Assembly: GCA_048939015.1 (NCBI GenBank)
Contig: JBHLPW010000069.1
Location: forward strand, 1-22,625
Direction: 5' to 3'
Source: Promethearchaeota archaeon
GTDB taxonomy: Archaea > Asgardarchaeota > Lokiarchaeia > Sigyniarchaeales > SOKP01
DNA: 22,625 nt
Position 1 is the first letter of the stretch. The number at the start of each line of letters is the position of its first letter. Positions 8,821-17,880 of this stretch are shown here, one piece after another. The notes under the pieces were generated by a model that had not been told where the DNA came from, ran no database searches, and saw only the letters and a program-made list of their open reading frames with translations. Made by a program: the position numbers and the translations under genes.

Positions 8821-9738
8821 TTAAATATTTCTTTTCATTGGATTTTTATCCATACATGGAACTCCAAATTGACAGAAAGCACATCCTACTGGATAGGAAG
8901 GGTGCCTTAACCTCCAATCTACACGACGCCTATGAGGTTTTAAAATTGAACCAATACGTTCAATATTTATTTTTGCTACTTTTCGTAAATATTCACGACA
9001 TTTATCTTTATCATGTCCATTTTCATTAATAGCATTAGCTGGACACATCTCTTCACATTTTCTACAAGTACCTTCTGCATAAAATAAACAATTTCCATAA
9101 GGATCATTATTCTCTCTTTTTGTGATATTGAGAGGAGCATTGGTTAAGACAGAAGCTAACCTAATATTACAACCTACATCAGTAATTAATGCTTCGTGTA
9201 AACTAAACGTGCCTAATCCCGCAGCAAAAGCAATATGGCGTTCTGACCAATTGGAATAAATTTTTTGTGATACAATAATGCTGACGAACTCGGATAACAT
9301 TCCTGCTATTGCTATATAACCGTTTTTATGAAAAAAATCAATTATTTCTTTACATACAGCTTTTTTAAAAGGATTAGCATAATTTCTACCTACAGCATAA
9401 ATTTCAGCAGGGACAACTAGTTCTGATGTTCTTTTTATTTTTATACTTTCATTTCGAATTTTGTTAACATAAGGAAAAACTATAGAAACAACTCGTAATT
9501 TTGAAGGCTCTATTTCTCTCTGGCCTTCTTTTAACCAAAACTTAAGAGGAGTTAAATGTTCTGGTCCAACAACCTTCTTGAATTCCTGAAATATTGGATC
9601 ATCTCCTCGAGCTACTCCAATTATGGGATCATCGAAAATTCTACCTGCTCCATAATTCTCATGTAGCCGGTTAAGCTCACTTGTTTCAAAAAATGATTCA
9701 AGACGTTCAATTAATCTATTATTCAATAGAAGTTTCAC
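8821..9738 (-). CDS. Epoxyqueuosine reductase (QueG)/reductive dehalogenase-like protein, 2x[4Fe-4S], probably cobalamin-binding
   Basis: [27 protein letters not shown]-x7-CxxCxxxCP and C-x38-CxxC-x5-C. GTG start. Confidence 0.8.
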   Translation of the reverse strand: MKLLLNNRLIERLESFFETSELNRLHENYGAGRIFDDPIIGVARGDDPIFQEFKKVVGPEHLTPLKFWLKEGQREIEPSKLRVVSIVFPYVNKIRNESIKIKRTSELVVPAEIYAVGRNYANPFKKAVCKEIIDFFHKNGYIAIAGMLSEFVSIIVSQKIYSNWSERHIAFAAGLGTFSLHEALITDVGCNIRLASVLTNAPLNITKRENNDPYGNCLFYAEGTCRKCEEMCPANAINENGHDKDKCREYLRKVAKINIERIGSILKPHRRRVDWRLRHPSYPVGCAFCQFGVPCMDKNPMKRNI

Positions 9739-9816
9739 TTGACTCTTCTTTTAATAAAAATTTTTACCAATGGAGATTTTTTAAATTTAATTAATTATTT
9801 TATACTTGAATATTTT

Positions 9817-10917
9817 ATGTTAAAAGTCGGTATTATTGGCACTGGTGTTATCTTTGATCTTAATATATTAGGTTATTTAAATCGAGATGATACTCAAATC
9901 AAGTGTCTATGCAATAGAACTGTTGAAAAGGCTAAGCAAAAAATCGAAATTTTTAATTTAGATAAGTCTATTTCAATTTATTCTAATTATAAGGAAATGT
10001 TAGACAAAGAGGATATAGATATTGTTGAGATATTACTACCTCATCATCTTCACGCTGAAGCAACTATTTATGCAGCTCAAAAAGGAATAAAGGGAATTTC
10101 TGTTCAAAAACCGATGGCTTTAAGTCTAAAAGAAGCAGATACTATGATTAATGCTTGTAAGAATTCAGGCTCAATTCTTTCTATTTATGAGAATTTTGTA
10201 TTTGCACCTCATATTATGAAAGCAAAAGAATTATTAGATGATGATTATATTGGTGATCCATCATCACTGCGGATTAAAACAGCAATTGGTACAAAGGGTG
10301 GTTGGAAAATCCCAGAAAGTGCAGAAATATGGAGAAAAGATCCAAAAAAAATTGGAGGTGGACGTGATGGTTCACCAATTCTTTTCGATAATGGGTGGCA
10401 CGCTTTTTCTTTAGCCTGGTGGTTTTTCAATGAAGAAATTGAAAAAGTTTTCAGTTGGACAGATAATTATAGAGGTCTTGATGCTCCCGCATATGTAATG
10501 TTCAAATATAAGCAAAGTAAAGAACATGTTATCCCCCAATATGGTAATATGGAATTTACATTAATGCCAGAAATGAATTTCTCAGATTCAAAATACTATC
10601 CTATTGATGAATTTATTGAAATTATAGGTAGTCGTGGAATAATGAAGATAAACCAGGGAACATCAATAGGAAATAAGATGTCCGACTCTGAAGTCTTTCC
10701 TCCTCTCGTAATTATAAGAGATGGAAAAGTAGAAACTTACAAAGACTTTGATAAAGACTGGAAATATAGTTTTATTAATGCAACTAATTATTTCATAGAT
10801 GTTGTAAAAAATAATAAAAAACCAATACTTTCTGGCGAACAAGCACGATCTATATTAAGATTTAATCTAGCAGCAATTAAATCTGTTGAACAAGGAAAAG
10901 AGATATTTGTTGAATAA
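9817..10917 (+). CDS. Gfo/Idh/MocA family NAD(P)-dependent oxidoreductase
   Basis: MLKVGIIGTG, PHHLH, QKPMA, DNGWH. I moved the start from TTG 9739 to ATG 9817, which matches the paralog N-terminus MLRVGIIGCG and leaves room for a promoter. Confidence 0.9.
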   Translation: MLKVGIIGTGVIFDLNILGYLNRDDTQIKCLCNRTVEKAKQKIEIFNLDKSISIYSNYKEMLDKEDIDIVEILLPHHLHAEATIYAAQKGIKGISVQKPMALSLKEADTMINACKNSGSILSIYENFVFAPHIMKAKELLDDDYIGDPSSLRIKTAIGTKGGWKIPESAEIWRKDPKKIGGGRDGSPILFDNGWHAFSLAWWFFNEEIEKVFSWTDNYRGLDAPAYVMFKYKQSKEHVIPQYGNMEFTLMPEMNFSDSKYYPIDEFIEIIGSRGIMKINQGTSIGNKMSDSEVFPPLVIIRDGKVETYKDFDKDWKYSFINATNYFIDVVKNNKKPILSGEQARSILRFNLAAIKSVEQGKEIFVE

Positions 10918-10921
10918 AAAA

Positions 10922-12187
10922 TTAATCCACTAAAAGATCTTTATCATATTTCAATTCCTTTTGAATTAAACCTTCTTTCATACCTTTTTTAAAATCTTTT
11001 CTTATCCTCATAAAATATTTATGCAATCCTGCTCCATTAATATCATTAGGCCGTTCGACTGAGCAGGATCTATCTTTCTCATTTTCAGGTGTCATTTCTT
11101 CCCAAAAAATAGCTCTTTTTTGTTGATCTGAAATGTATGGCATTTTAGCAAATATTGTCAAGTTTTTTCCTTGCACTCCATCATAAATGGGCTTTCCATC
11201 ATTCTTCATAACTTCAATAAAATGTTCAGTGGAATTAATAAAAGAATATCTCCAATCTCTTGGAAGATCATTCCCATAAGAGTTTACTTCACCATTAGCA
11301 TATACTATAATTGGAGGGAATTGAGGACTATTTGATATAAAATTACCTCCAGCTGTACATTGGTTTATCCACATCAATCCTTTTGTTCCCGATAGTTCGA
11401 TATACTCATCGCAAGCATAGTAGTTGCTGGGGTAATATATATTTGGAGAGAGAGTAATCTCCATAACACCGAATTTAGGATAATTATCAACTTTTCCACT
11501 TGGATATTTCCAAAATATATAACTCGGTCCATCAAAAATTGCTGCAAAATATTCAATCCAACTATATACGTGTTCAACTCTTTCTTGACCCATTAACCAA
11601 AGACCCATTGAAAATTTATGAATTCCATCATCATAAATCCATGGTCCTCCACCACAAACATCAAAATTTTGTCGCCATCCTGTTGATTTAAGATCTCGAG
11701 GCATACTTGGTCCTGTAAACATAATAGTATTAATTCTAAAATTCAACAATTCTCCAATAATTCCATTATCTAATAATTCTTTTGCTCTTAAATATACAGG
11801 ATGAAATCGAAAATTTTCATAAACTTTCAACTTTACCCTCTCTTCTTCACAAACTTTTATCATTTTTTCACAATCGGTTATAGTATGAGCCATTGGTTTT
11901 TGTACTGAAATACCTTTGATTCCCGCTTTAGCACAGTATTCTGTCATTGGTCTATGAAGATGATGTGGAGTTAAAATTTCTACAATATCTAAATCTTCCC
12001 GATCAACCATTTCTCGATAGTCTAGGTATATCTTTATAGTTCTTAAGCCCCATTTTTCTAATTTATCTCTAGCTTTATTAATTTCACTATCAGATACAGC
12101 AACAATTTCTGTGTCTGGTGAATGGAGATAACCTAAAACATTTAGATTGGCGATATCCCCACAACCAATAATACCTACTCTCAACAT
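10922..12187 (-). CDS. Gfo/Idh/MocA family NAD(P)-dependent oxidoreductase (paralog of 9817-10917)
   Basis: MLRVGIIGCG, TPHHLH, QKPMA, YENFRF, DDGIH. Confidence 0.9.
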   Translation of the reverse strand: MLRVGIIGCGDIANLNVLGYLHSPDTEIVAVSDSEINKARDKLEKWGLRTIKIYLDYREMVDREDLDIVEILTPHHLHRPMTEYCAKAGIKGISVQKPMAHTITDCEKMIKVCEEERVKLKVYENFRFHPVYLRAKELLDNGIIGELLNFRINTIMFTGPSMPRDLKSTGWRQNFDVCGGGPWIYDDGIHKFSMGLWLMGQERVEHVYSWIEYFAAIFDGPSYIFWKYPSGKVDNYPKFGVMEITLSPNIYYPSNYYACDEYIELSGTKGLMWINQCTAGGNFISNSPQFPPIIVYANGEVNSYGNDLPRDWRYSFINSTEHFIEVMKNDGKPIYDGVQGKNLTIFAKMPYISDQQKRAIFWEEMTPENEKDRSCSVERPNDINGAGLHKYFMRIRKDFKKGMKEGLIQKELKYDKDLLVD

Positions 12188-12244
12188 AATCTTAAAAGTT
12201 CAAATTAATATTTATCATTTATTAAATTTATCTATAAAAAGAAA

Positions 12245-13678
12245 TTAATTTCCTTTTTCCTTCATTTCATACCAATCTTTCATTTCAAATAATTGTGTAT
12301 CATCTTCTATGAGAAGGTCTCCCTTCGCATCTTTTCTAATTATTTCAAAAATTTTATCGCAAATATCTGGATTATCTTCAGCTATATTTTCATTCCATTC
12401 TGGATCTTTTGATAAATCGAATAATCTTTGGTATGACCTGTTATTAGAAGTAATAAAAGAAAAATTATCATCCTTATATAACGTACACGCATGAAAACCA
12501 CATGTAATATAATTACGTCCTTCTAAAACTTGATCATCTTCTTCAATGAAAAGTGAAAGATCAATTCCATCAAATACATTAGGCTTATCTTTTTCTAAAA
12601 ATCCAAAGATTGTAGGTAATATATCAAAATCATAAACATATGGCTTTTTTATTCTTATAGGTCCATGTACACTATTAGGTGGCTTTATCATAAAAGGAAT
12701 ATCAACTAACTCAGGATACATATAATAAGGGATCTTTCCTGTTGCGTTATGTTCTCCGATGGAATGTCCATGATCACTAATAAAAATTATTAATGAATCA
12801 TCATACAACTTCATATTTTTTAATTCATTTATAAAGTATCCAAACCACGCATCGCATAATGATACTTCTCCAGCATAACAAGCTCTCATATACTTTAACT
12901 CTCCTTCGGTGAGATAATCAATATCATGACGATATGCAGGTGTAATTACCTTCCTGCCATTATAATTCTTATCTACATATAGATCAAGGTATTTTTGAGG
13001 AGGATCCCAGGGTTCATGAGGATCAAATTCATCAATCAAACAAAATGTCTTTTTAATTACTTGAGTATCTTTAGTAAATTCAATAGCTTTCTTAAAAGTT
13101 TTAGCTGGAAAATAATTTTTCTCTGATTTTCTATTTTGAATATTGGGAAAATATTTATTTAATATAAGTTTTTGATACCCTCTACCAGCAAGATCTCCAC
13201 TAACAGTATGTTCTTTCATCATTTGATTAAGTTCAGACTTACCATCCCTTAAAAAAGCTCTAAATTTATCGTTTTCATGACCTCTGATCCAATTCCATTG
13301 ATCATAACCTAAATGAAAATTCATATTAGGTTTAAATTGATGATACGTGCTTGTTATAAATGATGTCTTGTATCCAAAGCTATTTAAATATTCAGATAAA
13401 TGTTTCTGTTGAGGAGGTATTGGATCCCATCCTGGAGCCTTAACTATATCATCAGTTCGAAGTTTTGGTCTCTGATGATTAAACGGAAAAGTACGAATTC
13501 CAGTATGAATAGCCCTCCGTACCGGTATTGTTGGTAATGATTCAGGATAAGCTTTATCGAATACAATACAATCTTTGGCAAATTCATCAAAATTTGGTGT
13601 TTTTATCCAGTCATTTCTATAAGTCGATCCAGTATGATCTTTCCTCAAGGTATCGAATATTATTAAAAAAATCTTCAT
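12245..13678 (-). CDS. Sulfatase-like hydrolase (alkaline phosphatase superfamily) with Thr at the formylglycine position
   Basis: IIFDTLRKD, KTPNFD, TIPVRRAIHTG (aligned to C/SxPxRxxxxTG), DPHEPW, YAGEVSLCD, SDHG, IPFMIK, DILPT, LFDLSKDPE. Confidence 0.9.
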   Translation of the reverse strand: MKIFLIIFDTLRKDHTGSTYRNDWIKTPNFDEFAKDCIVFDKAYPESLPTIPVRRAIHTGIRTFPFNHQRPKLRTDDIVKAPGWDPIPPQQKHLSEYLNSFGYKTSFITSTYHQFKPNMNFHLGYDQWNWIRGHENDKFRAFLRDGKSELNQMMKEHTVSGDLAGRGYQKLILNKYFPNIQNRKSEKNYFPAKTFKKAIEFTKDTQVIKKTFCLIDEFDPHEPWDPPQKYLDLYVDKNYNGRKVITPAYRHDIDYLTEGELKYMRACYAGEVSLCDAWFGYFINELKNMKLYDDSLIIFISDHGHSIGEHNATGKIPYYMYPELVDIPFMIKPPNSVHGPIRIKKPYVYDFDILPTIFGFLEKDKPNVFDGIDLSLFIEEDDQVLEGRNYITCGFHACTLYKDDNFSFITSNNRSYQRLFDLSKDPEWNENIAEDNPDICDKIFEIIRKDAKGDLLIEDDTQLFEMKDWYEMKEKGN

Positions 13679-13842
13679 GTCAACGGCACTTCTGGTTAAT
13701 ATATTTATTAATATTAAATCATGTAAAATAATTATAAGAATTATACTTAATTTGCATTGATTATTATAATTAAAAATTAATTACAGATAATAGCTATTTT
13801 GATAAGTTTTGTACAAAAAAATAAAAACTTTTATTTAGAAAA

Positions 13843-15051
13843 ATGAAGACTTTTTCGTTATTAATAAAGCCAGCATCAGCAGATTGTAATCTAAGATGTG
13901 ATTACTGTTTTTATATAGATCACCTTGAAAAGATTAAAGGAACTCCTCGAATGTCCGATGAGGTCCTAGAAAAAATGATCTCAAGTTATATGGAGTCAAA
14001 TCAAAATAATAATTATATGTTTGGATGGCAAGGAGGAGAACCAATGATTATGGGATTAAAATTCTTTCAAAAGGTGGTAGAATTTCAAAAGTTTTACGCT
14101 CCTCCTGGCGCAGTTATAAGTAATGGACTACAAACAAACGGTACTCTTATTACTAATGATTTTGCACGCTTTCTTGGAGATTATAGATTTTTACTTGGAG
14201 TAAGTCTTGATGGTCCCGCGTATATACATGATCACTATAGAAAAACTATTGGTAAAAAACCCTCTTATAATTTGGTTATAAATGGTATTGAACATTTGAG
14301 ACAAAATAAGGTAGAATTCAATATATTAACTCTTGTAAACAATGAAAATGTAAGAAAAGCGAAAGAAATTTATCAATATCTAAAACAACAAGGTTTTTTT
14401 TATCATCAGTATATTCCCTGTGTTGAAGTTGATGAAGATTTTAATCTACAATCCTTTTCAATAACAGGTGAAGAATGGGGAAATTTTCTCTGTGATCTAT
14501 TTGATCAATGGATAAAAGAAGATATAAATAAAGTTTCTATTCGACTTTTTGATTCCATCCTTGAATATTTGGTGTATGGACGCTATAATGTATGCCATAT
14601 GGGCAAAAATTGTTGCCAATATTTTGTAATTGAATACGATGGGAGTGTTTATCCATGTGATTTTTTTGTTCGGGATGATCTATTATTAGGAAATGTTCTT
14701 TTTGATGAATGGGACACTATTCTAAAATCTCCGATTTATCGTAAATTTGGACAGGAAAAATCCAAGTGGCATCAAATTTGCAATTCATGTCCTTTTATAA
14801 ATTTATGCCATGGAGGTTGTCAGAAATTCCGTATAGGGAACCCTCAAGCTTCGAATAAATTGAGTGTTTTATGTAAGGGATGGAAAAAATTTTATACACA
14901 TACTTTGCCACGGTTTAGGATCATTGCTGATAGAATAAAAAAGGGAAATGAAATTAATTCATTATCTCAAATTAAATCCAAGAATGTTGGACGTAATTCC
15001 CCTTGTCCGTGCGGAAGTGGAAAAAAATACAAAAATTGTTGTATGAGATAA
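13843..15051 (+). CDS. Anaerobic sulfatase-maturating enzyme (radical SAM/SPASM, anSME/AtsB/ChuR-like) with C-terminal SEC-C motif
   Basis: IKPASADCNLRCDYCFY, WQGGEP, QTNG, SLDGP, QYIP, SPASM cysteines (CHMGKNC, YPCDF, CNSC, CHGGC, LC) and GRNSPCPCGSGKKYKNCC. Confidence 0.93.
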   Translation: MKTFSLLIKPASADCNLRCDYCFYIDHLEKIKGTPRMSDEVLEKMISSYMESNQNNNYMFGWQGGEPMIMGLKFFQKVVEFQKFYAPPGAVISNGLQTNGTLITNDFARFLGDYRFLLGVSLDGPAYIHDHYRKTIGKKPSYNLVINGIEHLRQNKVEFNILTLVNNENVRKAKEIYQYLKQQGFFYHQYIPCVEVDEDFNLQSFSITGEEWGNFLCDLFDQWIKEDINKVSIRLFDSILEYLVYGRYNVCHMGKNCCQYFVIEYDGSVYPCDFFVRDDLLLGNVLFDEWDTILKSPIYRKFGQEKSKWHQICNSCPFINLCHGGCQKFRIGNPQASNKLSVLCKGWKKFYTHTLPRFRIIADRIKKGNEINSLSQIKSKNVGRNSPCPCGSGKKYKNCCMR

Positions 15052-15055
15052 TATT

Positions 15056-17725
15056 TTAAGACTTTCTTAATTTCCACCTTAGTGGTTTTTCTAGTTCACT
15101 TTTACCATAAAAAACTATTTGTTCTCCTTCAATGTTAATCTCATTTTCTAAATCATTTACTTCTAATTTTACAAATTGATTTAATTCATCATATTCGAGT
15201 TTCAATGAAACCTTCCAATTACCTTCAACATGAGGATCGTACCATCCAGAATATCCATCTTCAGATTTTTTAAAACCCAATAACGGAGAAGAGAAATCAT
15301 ATATCTCCTCTGGTAAAGATGGAGAAAATTCTAAGCCTTCTTCAGTGAATTTCGCTCCTATCAAATGTATAATGTTATATAATGGCCAAGCATGTGGATG
15401 TAAATTCATAACAGGAAAATCTGTCCAATTTAAACCAAATGGATCTTCTAACATAATTTTTTTATCTTTTGAATCTCCTGTAAATAAGTATTCAAAAAAA
15501 TGAGTTTGTCCAGGATATTTTGAGAGATCAGAGTTATATGTATCAGGACCACTCCAGATTCCGTACCATATATCAGGAAAAGCCTTTGCGTGAAATGCAA
15601 GAGTATTTTTTTTCCATTCATCCCACGCCATCTCAGCATTTAACTGAGATAAAGCCCATATTAATGTACCGTTAATTGATGGCCAGATTCCCCCATTCAC
15701 TCGCATACCAACTTCTCTTTTAATATCATCAATATCTTTACTTAATATCCTTGCTCCAATCTTAGACGGGTTTCGTAATAACTTGTCTATATTATTTGTT
15801 ATAACTGGAATCCAATTACTTTCAACAGCATCTCCTAAAATAGCCCATGGTTGAGGTTCTAACCATAGGATATCGTCTCCAATCCAACCTAATTCGTCCG
15901 TAAACCACGCTCGCTTAAACCATTTTTCATTCCATTGAGCTTTAACAGCCTTTTTCAAAGATTCGGCATAATTAATGACTTTATCCACCATATCAAAATT
16001 TTCAACGAAACTCAATAACTCCGCAAATTTATTAAGAACATAAATCGCCATAGTAGTATTTAGAATACTTTCTCCATGAGTTCTGACCTCCTCTTGTTTT
16101 TCTTTTGGCACAAATCCCATTACAGCACCATCATTCCAATCACCCGTAGAAATTCTTTGAAGACCATGTTTTCCAGTTCCAGTAATTTCTGTAAAGTGGT
16201 CATAAAAAACTATTAGCATTTTTAAAATTGTTGATGTTTTAATTTCTTTACCATAAAGAGGATACAATGGAATTACTTCCTTTAAAAATTCTTTATCTCT
16301 TGTAGCTATAATGTATTCACTAGTAACCCATATTACCCATAATTCAAGATCACTAGGAAAAATTGGTAAAGGTATAATCATTCCATTACCGGTAACTCCA
16401 TATGGAATTTCCCCATCTTCTTTAACTGTTTTTAAAATGTATCTTATAATTTCTTTAACAATTTTGGGCTCGCAAAAAATAAAAGGTAATGCATGCTGTA
16501 GTGGATCTCGTGCTGCTATCTGAGTTCCCATTATATATTGATAAACATGACCTTGAGAAAGAATGTGCTCTTTGAAATAATCATCAAACGTCATAGCACT
16601 ACGTAAATAATAATTGTGCCATATAATTTCACGTTCTACCCAAGCTTCTTTAGGAATAGTCAATTTAACTATATTTCTTTTCCAACTTTTAACAGAATAC
16701 TCCCATTGATTGGAAATTTCTTTCTTATAGCATTCTAAAATGTGATCAAAAGAAAAGCCATTAGGCAAATAACCATAAGCAAAATATAAAGTTCGACTTT
16801 CATTGGGTTTTAAATGTAATTTTTTTTCTACTATCATAGCACTTTTATCATCTTTAGTATCTAAATTGGAAGGAAGATTTCTTTTAACTCCATCAGGAAA
16901 CTCAACTCCTCCTTTTCCGAAAAATTCAAATCCATCTGTACTAAAATTTTCAATAGGACCATTTAATGAAATCAAGAAGGTCTGAATTGAATTTATGCTT
17001 TCATACACAGGTTTGGGGTTTTCATTCTTATTCTTTTCCTTTCGGCCTTGAAAATATTTAGCTTCTAATAACCCAGAATTACCTATTAATTTAAATTCAT
17101 GAGAAAATTGTGAGCTAAATTCTCTTCGTTTTATATTCATTGACGATAGATCTTTTTTCCCCCAAGCTTTCCAATATGCAACTGCTGAAAATTGAATCAT
17201 TTTACATCCCCAATATTCTATCCACCGTAAATCTTTAGATTGCTCGGTATTATTTGAAATTGTAACTTGAGAAATAAGTAAAGGATCATCTCCATAGGGA
17301 GCAAAAATAACTTGATCCACTGATAGATTATGCGATTTAACAATTTTACGGAAATACCCAATCCCAAAAATTCGATCGAATGATTCTTCATTTCCTGAAT
17401 AAAATGTACTTAGTATATTTACTCCATCAACTAAATATCCAAACCCTCCTGCGAACTGATTATGCTCGGGATCATAATCATTAAGAAATTTAGGACACCC
17501 TTCATCTTGACGAACTTGAATATAACCAAAATTTGAAGCAACTCCAACTAAGCGATCATTTCCAACCTGGTGCAGATGTTCTCTATTAGAGCGTAATTTT
17601 TCATTTAAAGGAGTAATTGCTTTAGGATCATTGATTTGGTTGCATGTATAATGATAAGCAGGTAATCCAAATTCATCTTCAATCCATTCACCAAAATAAC
17701 CAGAACCAAATGCTTTTTTTGACAT
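15056..17725 (-). CDS. Divergent GH94-like glycoside phosphorylase/hydrolase with (alpha/alpha)6 barrel
   Basis: RDPLQ, SDLELW, GDWNDG (16127-16144), GES, WNEKWFKRA, LEPQPWAIL and NGGIW occur in GH94 order. Confidence 0.7.
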   Translation of the reverse strand: MSKKAFGSGYFGEWIEDEFGLPAYHYTCNQINDPKAITPLNEKLRSNREHLHQVGNDRLVGVASNFGYIQVRQDEGCPKFLNDYDPEHNQFAGGFGYLVDGVNILSTFYSGNEESFDRIFGIGYFRKIVKSHNLSVDQVIFAPYGDDPLLISQVTISNNTEQSKDLRWIEYWGCKMIQFSAVAYWKAWGKKDLSSMNIKRREFSSQFSHEFKLIGNSGLLEAKYFQGRKEKNKNENPKPVYESINSIQTFLISLNGPIENFSTDGFEFFGKGGVEFPDGVKRNLPSNLDTKDDKSAMIVEKKLHLKPNESRTLYFAYGYLPNGFSFDHILECYKKEISNQWEYSVKSWKRNIVKLTIPKEAWVEREIIWHNYYLRSAMTFDDYFKEHILSQGHVYQYIMGTQIAARDPLQHALPFIFCEPKIVKEIIRYILKTVKEDGEIPYGVTGNGMIIPLPIFPSDLELWVIWVTSEYIIATRDKEFLKEVIPLYPLYGKEIKTSTILKMLIVFYDHFTEITGTGKHGLQRISTGDWNDGAVMGFVPKEKQEEVRTHGESILNTTMAIYVLNKFAELLSFVENFDMVDKVINYAESLKKAVKAQWNEKWFKRAWFTDELGWIGDDILWLEPQPWAILGDAVESNWIPVITNNIDKLLRNPSKIGARILSKDIDDIKREVGMRVNGGIWPSINGTLIWALSQLNAEMAWDEWKKNTLAFHAKAFPDIWYGIWSGPDTYNSDLSKYPGQTHFFEYLFTGDSKDKKIMLEDPFGLNWTDFPVMNLHPHAWPLYNIIHLIGAKFTEEGLEFSPSLPEEIYDFSSPLLGFKKSEDGYSGWYDPHVEGNWKVSLKLEYDELNQFVKLEVNDLENEINIEGEQIVFYGKSELEKPLRWKLRKS

Positions 17726-17775
17726 TTTTAAAGGAATAATGCTTATAAGATGTTTTTTATTAATTTTTTGCTATT

Positions 17776-17797
17776 ATAAGAATTCTCATATTCTTAT
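17776..17797. promoter_or_regulatory. 8-6-8 inverted repeat (ATAAGAAT-tctcat-ATTCTTAT) in a divergent promoter region; candidate regulator site
   Basis: Perfect 8-bp arms between the GH94-like gene and the lipid cluster, overlapping a TTATAA TATA-like box. The AT-rich background lowers significance. Confidence 0.35.
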
Positions 17798-17880
17798 TTG
17801 TAATAAAAACTCATCTGTTAATAAAGTCTTTAAAGTAACAATACTTTTTTGGTTTATTAATTAAACTAATTGATACTAAA

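Noticed and set aside
9739-9816. 26-codon TTG-initiated extension of the first Gfo/Idh/MocA gene
   Set aside because: It would leave no space for divergent promoters, and the paralog starts at the equivalent of ATG 9817.
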